DNA of 56,966 nt, from contig JBFJCP010000028.1 of NCBI GenBank assembly GCA_041615815.1, positions 1 to 56,966 on the forward strand, written 5' to 3'. The notes below the pieces were generated by a model. That model was not told the origin of the DNA. It searched no databases and saw only the letters and a list, made by a program, of their open reading frames with translations. This document shows, piece by piece, positions 36,651-44,554 of this stretch; positions within the stretch are counted from its first letter, which is position 1, and each line of letters starts with the position of its first letter. This DNA is from Gemmatimonadales bacterium. Its GTDB lineage: Bacteria > Gemmatimonadota > Gemmatimonadetes > Gemmatimonadales > GWC2-71-9. Made by a program: the position numbers and the translations under genes.

Positions 36651-38018
36651 ATGGCAATCGTGGCTGTGAATCCTGCGACAGGGAGCAAGATCAAGGAGTA
36701 TCCCGAGATCGATGCCAAGGAGCTCGGCCGCACCATTCGCGCGGCCCACAAGGCGCATCTGGAATGGCGCACGACCACGTTCGCAGAGCGTGCCGAGCTG
36801 ATGCGAGGAGCGGCGAAGATCCTCCGCGATCGCGCGGCGGAATGGGGACGCTTGATGGCCCAAGAGATGGGGAAGCCCGCTCACGACGGAAAGTCCGAGG
36901 CGGAGAAATGTGCCTGGGTCTGCGACTACTACGCCGATAACACCGAACACTTCCTCCGGCCCGAGTTCATCGAGACTGACGCCAGCAGGAGCTTCGTCAC
37001 CTTTCAGCCGATCGGTATCGTTCTGGCGGTCATGCCGTGGAATTTCCCGTTCTGGCAAGTGTTTCGCTTCGCCGCGCCGGCGCTCATGGCCGGCAACGGC
37101 GCACTCCTGAAACACGCGTCCAACGTGCCGGGCTGCGCACTAGCCATCGAGGAGACGTTTCAGAAAGCCGGTTTCCCACCGGCGTTGTTCCGGACGCTGC
37201 TCATCGGCAGCGATCAGGTAGCGAAGGTGATTCGGCACAAGCTCGTGGCTGCCGCAACGCTGACGGGCAGCACCCCGGCTGGGCAAGCCGTTGCACAGCG
37301 GGCCGGAAAGGCATTGAAGAAGACCGTGCTCGAGTTGGGGGGATCAGATCCGTACTTGATCCTGGCAGACGCCGACCTCGACGACGCGGTGAACACTTGT
37401 GTCACGAGCCGATTGATCAACTCCGGTCAGAGTTGCATCGCTGCCAAGCGCTTCATCGTGGTGGACGCGGTTCGAGAGGAATTCGAGACCAAGTTCGTTC
37501 AACGCATGCGCCAGGCCACGATGGGCGATCCGATGAGCCCGGACACCCAGGTCGGCCCACAGGCACGCCGAGATCTGCGTGACGAGCTGCACGAGCAGGT
37601 GGAGCGGAGCGTCGCCAAAGGCGCGCGTTGCCTCCTCGGCGGCAAGATCCCGACCGGGCCCGGCGCCTTCTATCCACCCACCGTGCTGACCGACGTCAAG
37701 AAAGGCATGCCAGCCTACGACGACGAGCTCTTTGGTCCGGTGGCCGCCATCATCCCCGTGAAGACCGAGGCACGAGCCATCAAGGTGGCCAACGATTCCA
37801 AGTTCGGACTCGGGGCCGCCGTGTTCACCCGCGACGTGGAGCGCGGTCAGCGCATCGCGACCACCCAGCTCGAGGCGGGGTGCTGTTTCGTGAATTCGTA
37901 CGTGAAATCGGATCCCCGACTTCCCTTCGGAGGGATCAAGGAGAGTGGGTACGGGCGTGAGCTGTCACACTACGGCATTAAGGAGTTCACCAACATCAAG
38001 ACCGTGTGGGTGAAGTAG
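36651..38018 (+). CDS. NAD(P)-dependent succinate-semialdehyde dehydrogenase (Sad/GabD1-like)
   Basis: MPWNFP, LLKHA, TLTGS, LELGGSD, NSGQSCIAAKR, ELFGP, PFGGIKESGYGRE. Confidence 0.9.
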   Translation: MAIVAVNPATGSKIKEYPEIDAKELGRTIRAAHKAHLEWRTTTFAERAELMRGAAKILRDRAAEWGRLMAQEMGKPAHDGKSEAEKCAWVCDYYADNTEHFLRPEFIETDASRSFVTFQPIGIVLAVMPWNFPFWQVFRFAAPALMAGNGALLKHASNVPGCALAIEETFQKAGFPPALFRTLLIGSDQVAKVIRHKLVAAATLTGSTPAGQAVAQRAGKALKKTVLELGGSDPYLILADADLDDAVNTCVTSRLINSGQSCIAAKRFIVVDAVREEFETKFVQRMRQATMGDPMSPDTQVGPQARRDLRDELHEQVERSVAKGARCLLGGKIPTGPGAFYPPTVLTDVKKGMPAYDDELFGPVAAIIPVKTEARAIKVANDSKFGLGAAVFTRDVERGQRIATTQLEAGCCFVNSYVKSDPRLPFGGIKESGYGRELSHYGIKEFTNIKTVWVK

Positions 38019-38061
38019 GGAGGGACACTAGGGACCAGGGGCTAGGGACTGGCAACAGCAC

Positions 38062-38898
38062 CTAATCCAATCCCCTCCCTTCCCCGTCCCCCAACTCCGC
38101 GCACCGCTGAGTTGCGGCTTCCACCGCTCGAATGAGGGTGGTCCGCAAGCCACCAGCCTCGAGTGTAGCCACACCGGCGATGGCCGTGCCCCCGGGCGAG
38201 GTGACCATGTCCTTCAGCCGGCCGGGGTGTTCTCCGGTCTCGAGCAGGAGTTTGGCGGAGCCCATGACGGTCTGGGCTGCGAGAATCAGGGCCTCGTCCC
38301 TGGAGAGGCCCACCCGCACGCCGGCGTCCGCCATGGCATCGATCATCAGAAACACGTAGGCCGGACCGCTCCCGCTGAGCCCGGTCACCGCATTCATCTG
38401 CTCCTCGTCGATGGTCACGACCTTCCCCAACGCGCCGAACATGCGGTGCACCCGCGCGAGGTGGGCTTCCGTCACACTGCCGTTGGACGCAATGGCGGTC
38501 GCCCCCGCCAGCACCAGGGCCGGCGTGTTCGACATGGTGCGTACCACCGGCCGCTTCTTGCCCAACCCGCGCTGTATGCCAGCGATACTGAGACCGGCAA
38601 CCAATGATGCGACGACCGTCGACTCGCCCACGCTGTCGGCGATTTCCCTCAGTATCGCCTTCACGATCTGTGGCTTTACGGCCAGCAGGAGGAGATCGGC
38701 GTTGCACGCCACCTCTTGGTTGTTCAGCGTGGTCCGCACACCATACCGCGCGGCGAGGTGATCGATACGCCGCTGGTGCTTGGCAGAGACGATGGCGTTC
38801 TCCGGTTGGAGAATCCCCGCCGTGGCCAACCCGCGGAGCACGGCCTCGCCCATGTTACCGCACCCGATGATCCCCAGGGTTCCACTCGTTGTCGGCAT
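38062..38898 (-). CDS. proC: Pyrroline-5-carboxylate reductase
   Basis: GCGNMG, LAVKPQ, R.M.NTP, GLSGSGPAY, VTSPGGT. Confidence 0.95.
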   Translation of the reverse strand: MPTTSGTLGIIGCGNMGEAVLRGLATAGILQPENAIVSAKHQRRIDHLAARYGVRTTLNNQEVACNADLLLLAVKPQIVKAILREIADSVGESTVVASLVAGLSIAGIQRGLGKKRPVVRTMSNTPALVLAGATAIASNGSVTEAHLARVHRMFGALGKVVTIDEEQMNAVTGLSGSGPAYVFLMIDAMADAGVRVGLSRDEALILAAQTVMGSAKLLLETGEHPGRLKDMVTSPGGTAIAGVATLEAGGLRTTLIRAVEAATQRCAELGDGEGRGLD

Positions 38899-39076
38899 CC
38901 TGCCCTCAGTTCTGGTTGCCCCGAGGGCCCAACCTCGGGGACCTGTATTCTACTACGCGGCGCCCAAACCCGGATACCGGATCGTGGGCGCATGCGAGGA
39001 TACAGCAGGAGATGTGCCTGGAGCGGAGCGGGGAGCGAGATGGAGACGGCACCTGGCGAGGGAAGCCTCAAAGCAA

Positions 39077-39106
39077 GGAGGGCGCCAGACTATCGAGGCG
39101 CCCTCC
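39077..39106 (-). terminator. Hairpin downstream of the radical SAM gene (putative terminator)
   Basis: GGAGGGCGCC-N10-GGCGCCCTCC, a perfect 10-bp stem, followed by TTGCTTTG on the minus strand. Confidence 0.5.
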
Positions 39107-39192
39107 CCCCATCGGAGGCGGTGATGCTCGTCCACCCACCCAATACGACTCCGCTCGAGTCTCCGCTCCCGCCCCCTCCTCCGTTCCGTCTG

Positions 39193-40584
39193 CTACTGAT
39201 CTCCCCCGATCGCCACTAGCTGACTCACGTCCGGCGTGGACAGGGGCAGTTTGCTGAAGTCCGGTGTCCCCACCGTCATTTCGTCCATACTCGCATACTC
39301 GGAAGGATAGAACACGCGGAGGTAGCTGTCGGCGTAGTTACAGCCATGCTGCGTTACCCTGATCGTATCCTGCTCCACGGTCAGCACACCCTGCGCCTCC
39401 AGGTAGCGTACTTCCGCGGGGAACGCCTCCACAGGATCCTCGCCGAAGAGAGTGCGGAAGTCTTCCCGGGGGATACCGAGCAGCTTCATGCCCATGACCA
39501 TGTATCCTGCCATCTGCTCGCGCTTCGTCAACTCGTACGCGCACGCGATCGGAACCTGCCCGTCATTCACCACCTTGATGTAGGGACGATACGGGTTGCA
39601 GTTCTGATAGAGATGTCCGTCCGCGTATCCGAACGACGACTCGCCCAAGGCGATCAGATCCCTCCCGCGCCAACAGTTGGTGCGATGGGTGTGCTCGAAT
39701 TCTTTCTTCCGCACCCAACTGAAGTGGGTGTGATGCCGATAGCCTTCAGCACCGAACCGCTCCTCGGCGTACTCCAACATCTCCATCTCCGCCGCATCAC
39801 CCACGAACTTTTTCCGGAGCTCCGCGTCGAACTGCAGCTTGGTATAGAACTGGGTCCCAGGCTTGATCTCCATTCGGTAGATCGTGATGTGCTCCGGTTC
39901 GTACCTGAGCACGGAATCGATGGAGTGTTTCCACGTCTCCATGGTCTCACCGAGCATGCCGGACATGAGATCCAGGTTCATGACGCGGAACCCCGCCTTC
40001 TTTGCCCAGTCGAGTGTGCGGGCGACGACGTGGGGTTTCGCAATCCGTCCATTGATCTTGGCGATCTCCGGATGGAAGCTCTGGATACCGAAGCTCATGC
40101 GGTTGATCCCGAGATCTTTCAGCAGCTTCAGCTTGCTTTCCTGGATCGTCGTCGGTTCACCTTCCGAGGTCCACTCCACATCGTCGGCGACGTCGAACCG
40201 CTGTCGGATGTGTTGGACCAACGCCTCGAACTGGTGCTCCTTGAGATACGTCGGTGTGCCACCGCCAAAATAGACGGTCTCTACCTTCCGGCCTTGCAGG
40301 TACGGCAACTCTGCCACGAGGTCGATCTCTTTATGCAACGCCTCGATATAGGGATCCACGACGGTGCGGAAGGTGTTCGGCATGATGCCGTAGTAGCAGA
40401 ACGTGCACCGCACCGCACAGAACGGAATGTGCACGTACAGCTGAAACCCTTCGGTTGCCTGGTGACCGGTGGCCGGTTGCGTGAAGGGGGGGGTCGCGCC
40501 CGGCCTCATGGTCTCGAACGGCGGATACTGAAACACGAACCGATCGCGGCGCGTCGGTTTGATGTCGAACTTGACGGCGCTCAT
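39193..40584 (-). CDS. HemN-like radical SAM enzyme (not a canonical HemN or HemW)
   Basis: LYVHIPFCAVRCTFC (CxxxCxxC), YFGGGTPT, RMSFGIQSF, NLDLMSG, EHITIY; N-terminal FVFQYPP; ATGA overlap with the GNAT gene. Confidence 0.88.
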   Translation of the reverse strand: MSAVKFDIKPTRRDRFVFQYPPFETMRPGATPPFTQPATGHQATEGFQLYVHIPFCAVRCTFCYYGIMPNTFRTVVDPYIEALHKEIDLVAELPYLQGRKVETVYFGGGTPTYLKEHQFEALVQHIRQRFDVADDVEWTSEGEPTTIQESKLKLLKDLGINRMSFGIQSFHPEIAKINGRIAKPHVVARTLDWAKKAGFRVMNLDLMSGMLGETMETWKHSIDSVLRYEPEHITIYRMEIKPGTQFYTKLQFDAELRKKFVGDAAEMEMLEYAEERFGAEGYRHHTHFSWVRKKEFEHTHRTNCWRGRDLIALGESSFGYADGHLYQNCNPYRPYIKVVNDGQVPIACAYELTKREQMAGYMVMGMKLLGIPREDFRTLFGEDPVEAFPAEVRYLEAQGVLTVEQDTIRVTQHGCNYADSYLRVFYPSEYASMDEMTVGTPDFSKLPLSTPDVSQLVAIGGDQ

Positions 40585-41450
40585 GCCTCTCTCCCTCCAA
40601 GACGATCGTCCGACGCAAGATCGACGATCGCATCAACCCGAAAACCAATTTGCGTGCGAGTTAGCTTCGGCGGAACCACCCGACGATGGCGGCAAACGCG
40701 AACGCCCAAGACATTGATCACGAGCACCCGGCCAACGATCCGGTGCCCAAAACTCCGGTGCGACGCCAGGGACTCTCGATTGTGCCAACTCGCGTATCCA
40801 AAGAGCCGCGTGCGTCCACGCGTCCGGACGAACTCGAACGTGTGAAACAACAGGGCCACTATGGCGCCGCGGATCCGCCACTCGGGGAGAATCCAGAGAT
40901 CGTACTCCCACGCCGCGTCGTCTGGTAGCGCGAATCGGCAGAATTTCTCCGGTTCCCCATGTTCACTACCGAGGTTGAGCCACGCCATCGCGACGATATC
41001 CCCCTCGGGCGTCTCGCACACGAAGCCAGGGTGCCCCGCCGTCAGCCGCGCGGCGAGCTCCCCGGGGTTCTCGCGATGGAACACTCGAGCGAGTTCGGGA
41101 ACGTCACCCGACTGCACCTCCCGCACTCGCAGCTGACGGGGGCGTCGAACCGCGTGGTTGGGCGACGTCAGCTCGGTGAGGTACAGCACATCGACGTGAA
41201 ACACGCTCCGGGGCATCACGTCGAAGAAGTGGCGGACCAGCTGGTCAACCCGGCCTTCTCGAATCAGCCGGAAAAGCTTCCGCAATCGCTTCCCGATGTT
41301 CCGCGTCGTCGCCTTCTCGATCACTGGAAAGCCGCTGTCCGCGGCGGTGCCCACCGGCGCCAAAAGGCCGGCGGCGATTGCCGTGTGGGGAAAGAGCGTG
41401 TCTGACCGACCTTGCGAAACTTGCACGTGTGTGTTGGCCCTCTGCGACAC
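40581..41450 (-). CDS. GNAT-like acyltransferase
   Basis: IVAMAW, AWEYDLWILPEWRIRG (motif A-like), HNRESLASHRSFG (motif B-like). Start uncertain; an alternative in-frame GTG lies at 41324. Confidence 0.65.
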   Translation of the reverse strand: MSQRANTHVQVSQGRSDTLFPHTAIAAGLLAPVGTAADSGFPVIEKATTRNIGKRLRKLFRLIREGRVDQLVRHFFDVMPRSVFHVDVLYLTELTSPNHAVRRPRQLRVREVQSGDVPELARVFHRENPGELAARLTAGHPGFVCETPEGDIVAMAWLNLGSEHGEPEKFCRFALPDDAAWEYDLWILPEWRIRGAIVALLFHTFEFVRTRGRTRLFGYASWHNRESLASHRSFGHRIVGRVLVINVLGVRVCRHRRVVPPKLTRTQIGFRVDAIVDLASDDRLGGREA

Positions 41451-41487
41451 CGCGGGGGACGGGGGATCGTTATTCCTCTATTCCGCG

Positions 41488-41502
41488 GCAACAAGCATGC
41501 CA
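41488..41502 (-). promoter_or_regulatory. Putative sigma54 (-24/-12) promoter
   Basis: Minus strand reads TGGCATGCTTGTTGC, matching TGGCA(C/T)G-N4-TTGC with exact spacing; lies in the ACP-GNAT gap. Confidence 0.55.
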
Positions 41503-41542
41503 ACTATTGGGTGTCATCAGATGAGAAAGGGGGACCAGCACC

Positions 41543-41863
41543 TCAAGACGCGGCGAGCTTGTGCCGAACATAGTCTGCCAGCACTTGGATGTTTTGAAAT
41601 AGGTCCCGATTGATATCGGTGTCGTCCACCGTGATGCCGAGCGTCTCCTCCACCGCACCAACGAGTTGGAGCACCGAAACCGAGTCCAGCCCAAGACCTT
41701 TCCCGATCAGCGGTACGTCGCTGGGAATCACGGTGGGATCCATGTTTAACCGAAGACTCTTGACCAGCGCGGACTTGATCCGAGCTTCGATGGAGCCATC
41801 GTCTCCCTTGCCGTCGCCGGGCGACGACGGCGGTACACTCGTCTTCCCTTCCATGTCACTCAC
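41543..41863 (-). CDS. Acyl carrier protein (phosphopantetheine-binding)
   Basis: GLGLDSVSVLQLV..VEE.LGI.V.D motif with the attachment Ser; GTGA overlap with the ligase stop (alternative ATG at 41854). Confidence 0.88.
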   Translation of the reverse strand: MSDMEGKTSVPPSSPGDGKGDDGSIEARIKSALVKSLRLNMDPTVIPSDVPLIGKGLGLDSVSVLQLVGAVEETLGITVDDTDINRDLFQNIQVLADYVRHKLAAS

Positions 41864-43557
41864 GCGTTCTGAAGTTGCAGGCGATTGTCCTGAAGCCTGC
41901 CCTCCAAGTAGAGCTCTCTGAAGTGCCGGTGTCGCCGTTTCCCGCTCGACGTCTTGGTCAGGGTACCCTTGGGAACGAGCAGGACCTCGCTCACGTCGAT
42001 GCCAAGTTCCTGTTGGAGTCGCTCTCGCACGTCGTCGGCCAGCGCCTCCACGTCGCGCGCCAGCGGCTCCCGCACCTCGGAGACGACCACGATACGTTGC
42101 GTCCCCCGACCTTCATCGTCCACGCCGAAGGCGGCGAAGCATCCCGGGCGGAGACCCTCGACGTGGAGCAGCGCACGTTCGAAATCGCTGGGATCGAGCT
42201 TCTTCCCGAAGACGTTGATGCGCTCTCGCACGCGCCCCACCCAGAATAGCTCACGATCGCGAACGTAACCCAGGTCGCCGGTCCGGAGGAGATCACCGCA
42301 GATGGCGCGGCGCGTGGCCTTCTGATTGTCGAGATAGCCTTCCATCCGCGACGGTGTGTGCAAAGCTACCTCGCCCACATGACCGTCTGGAAGGCGACGG
42401 CCCGTTCGAGACAAGATATGGACCTCGAGGCCAGGCGCCGGCCGGCCGGCGCCCACGATGGCCACGGCGTTCTCGCCGGGTGGCGTCGGGATCGCCTGCC
42501 GCTTCTCCTGCAGCGCCATCCGGTCTACCCACTCGTAGGCGAAGGACCCGTCGACATCCGTAAAGGTGGCTCCCCCAACGTTTTCCGCACACCCAAAGTT
42601 GGTCTTCAAGGCGTCCGGCCGAACCCCGTACGCCGCAAACCGGTCGCGGAATGCCAGCACGGTGTCGAGATGGATCCGCTCGGCCGCATTCCAAAATGCC
42701 CGGACGTGATCCAGCCGCACTCCTTCGAGGTCCCGGTCACGTGCCATCTTGGTTGTAATGGCATACCCGAAGTTCGGGGACCACGTGACCGTCGAACCCG
42801 TGGTCGCCAGCCCTCGGAGCCACAAAGCCGGACGCTTGACGAACGCCTGCGGGCTGAGCATCACCAGCGGGATTCCGTTGGCGAGGCAGAGGAAGAAGTT
42901 ATTGACCAACCCCATGTCATGGTACAAAGGAGTCCAGTTGAAGCAGACGTCATCACGCCCCAAGCGCATGGCTCCCATCATGGCGTCAAGCGCTGCCACC
43001 ACCTTGTGCTGTTTCCACATACAGACACGGGGGAACCCCGTCGTGCCGGACGTGAGCTGGTAGGCCGCCCAGTCGTCCCGGGCAGGAGCGACCGGGGAGA
43101 CCCGACTGGGATCGCCGCCGTCGAGCGCGTGGTCACCGAAGACGTATCGCGTTCCGCGCCGCGACCGTTCGAGCCGGTCTCGGAGCTCGAGCAGGCTGGC
43201 GTCGGCGACCACGAGCTTCGCTCGCGTCTTCCGCACCGTACGGAGGAGGATCCGTCCCAGACTGGTATTGGCTCCCTGAATGACCGGTGGCGCCACCAAC
43301 AAAGGAATGGCCCCGGTCATGAGCGCCGCGAGCAGTGCCGACGCACAGAACTCTTTGCTCTGGAGCACGAGCACGCACACGTCTCCCGGGCCCAGCCCTT
43401 CTGCCTGCATTCGGGCCGCGCGGCCGGCCGCGTGCCGGAAAAACGTTTCCCACGTTCGCCACGATACCTCGCCGTCAGGCGAGAGAAAACCTATACAGCG
43501 CCGCTCAGGCGTGTCCTCCAACTGCTCGTACATCCGTACCTGTAAGACGTCCGACAT
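41860..43557 (-). CDS. Adenylate-forming enzyme, fatty acyl-AMP ligase (FAAL)-like
   Basis: YQLTSGTTGFPR, WTPLYHDMGL, SPNFGY, NFGCAEN, LRTGDLG, GR..E.I...G, KTSSGK. Confidence 0.88.
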   Translation of the reverse strand: MSDVLQVRMYEQLEDTPERRCIGFLSPDGEVSWRTWETFFRHAAGRAARMQAEGLGPGDVCVLVLQSKEFCASALLAALMTGAIPLLVAPPVIQGANTSLGRILLRTVRKTRAKLVVADASLLELRDRLERSRRGTRYVFGDHALDGGDPSRVSPVAPARDDWAAYQLTSGTTGFPRVCMWKQHKVVAALDAMMGAMRLGRDDVCFNWTPLYHDMGLVNNFFLCLANGIPLVMLSPQAFVKRPALWLRGLATTGSTVTWSPNFGYAITTKMARDRDLEGVRLDHVRAFWNAAERIHLDTVLAFRDRFAAYGVRPDALKTNFGCAENVGGATFTDVDGSFAYEWVDRMALQEKRQAIPTPPGENAVAIVGAGRPAPGLEVHILSRTGRRLPDGHVGEVALHTPSRMEGYLDNQKATRRAICGDLLRTGDLGYVRDRELFWVGRVRERINVFGKKLDPSDFERALLHVEGLRPGCFAAFGVDDEGRGTQRIVVVSEVREPLARDVEALADDVRERLQQELGIDVSEVLLVPKGTLTKTSSGKRRHRHFRELYLEGRLQDNRLQLQNA

Positions 43558-44029
43558 TCACGCTCTCTTTCCCGCAGCTTCCGGGTCGCCCGGTGGCTCG
43601 CGTGCCCCCTGCGATATCACAATCCGGGCCAGAACCCCAACGAATTGAAGCGCTTGCACTTGGCTCAGGAAGTCGCCACGACCGCCAGGGCGCTACCGTT
43701 GCGCGGGCTCGTGTTGAGGGGGAGACGCCCCACGGATGCGGCATCCGCGCCACAGATTGGCCTGTAAGCGTCTGCCACATCTTCCCTTAGGCGCTGGGCC
43801 CCGCTCCGGAGAGCTCAGACGTAGACGTCAAACAGCGTCAGCGGCTTCGAGAGGCCCTCGCGTTGGCTCGGGGCCATCAGCCTGTCCAGCGGGAGATCGA
43901 CGTCGAGCCTGGGGGAAAACAACCGACTCATCCAAACGGCGCAAGGCAGCGGGCCGCTCTCGCCTCGCCCCGTCATCGCCCATTCGCACCAGGGCTGTAT
44001 CTTGCACCATCATAGGCCTGGAGCCGTCC

Positions 44030-44554
44030 ATGCAGACCACCACGTTCACCCGCTTGGCTACCGTCGCGTTCGCTGTCGGGACCGTCATGGCGTGCGGCTC
44101 CACCGATCCCTACGGGCGCAACGTTACCGTCCCCGAGGGCAGCCTCTACGCGCAGCCGGCCCAGGAGCTCGTGAACTTGGGGTACTCGATTCTGCATGTC
44201 GATACGATCATCGGGTACATCGAGGCCTACCGCACGCGCGGCGGTCCCCAATCCGAAGCCGATCGCATGACGGTGGACGTCTACAAAGAGATCCGAACGG
44301 GGAACACGGTAGTCACCATCGTCGCCCAATCTCTCGAGCGCATGCGATTCATCAATGGCATGCGGGAGATCAGCGGGCGGGCGGGCCCCCCGTCCCTCAG
44401 CCTACGGCAGGACGCTGAGCGCCTGCAGCGCGCGTTGGGCTGTCCCGACGTCACGACGGAACAGCGGATGACGCCTGACGGTATCGAACTGGTCGTGACA
44501 TGCGATACCGACACACCCGCAGATTCAACCAACGGGGGCGCACCAAACTTCTGA
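44030..44554 (+). CDS. Hypothetical lipoprotein
   Basis: GGAG SD; ATG 44030; signal peptide ending in lipobox VMAC; TGATG coupling to the next gene. Confidence 0.7.
   Translation: MQTTTFTRLATVAFAVGTVMACGSTDPYGRNVTVPEGSLYAQPAQELVNLGYSILHVDTIIGYIEAYRTRGGPQSEADRMTVDVYKEIRTGNTVVTIVAQSLERMRFINGMREISGRAGPPSLSLRQDAERLQRALGCPDVTTEQRMTPDGIELVVTCDTDTPADSTNGGAPNF

Noticed and set aside
38018..38050. G-run cluster (GGGAGGGACACTAGGGACCAGGGGGCTAGGG), a possible G-quadruplex between convergent genes
   Set aside because: Such runs are expected in high-GC DNA, it may simply pair with the C-rich proC 3' end, and there is no independent support.
39193..40584. Calling the radical SAM gene hemN or hemW
   Set aside because: It lacks the RYTSYP and HNxxYW signatures and sits with ACP, ligase and GNAT genes rather than heme genes.
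43764..43778. Second sigma54-like motif (TGGCAGACGCTTAC, minus strand) upstream of the ligase
   Set aside because: The spacing is one base short and the -12 element lacks the conserved GC.
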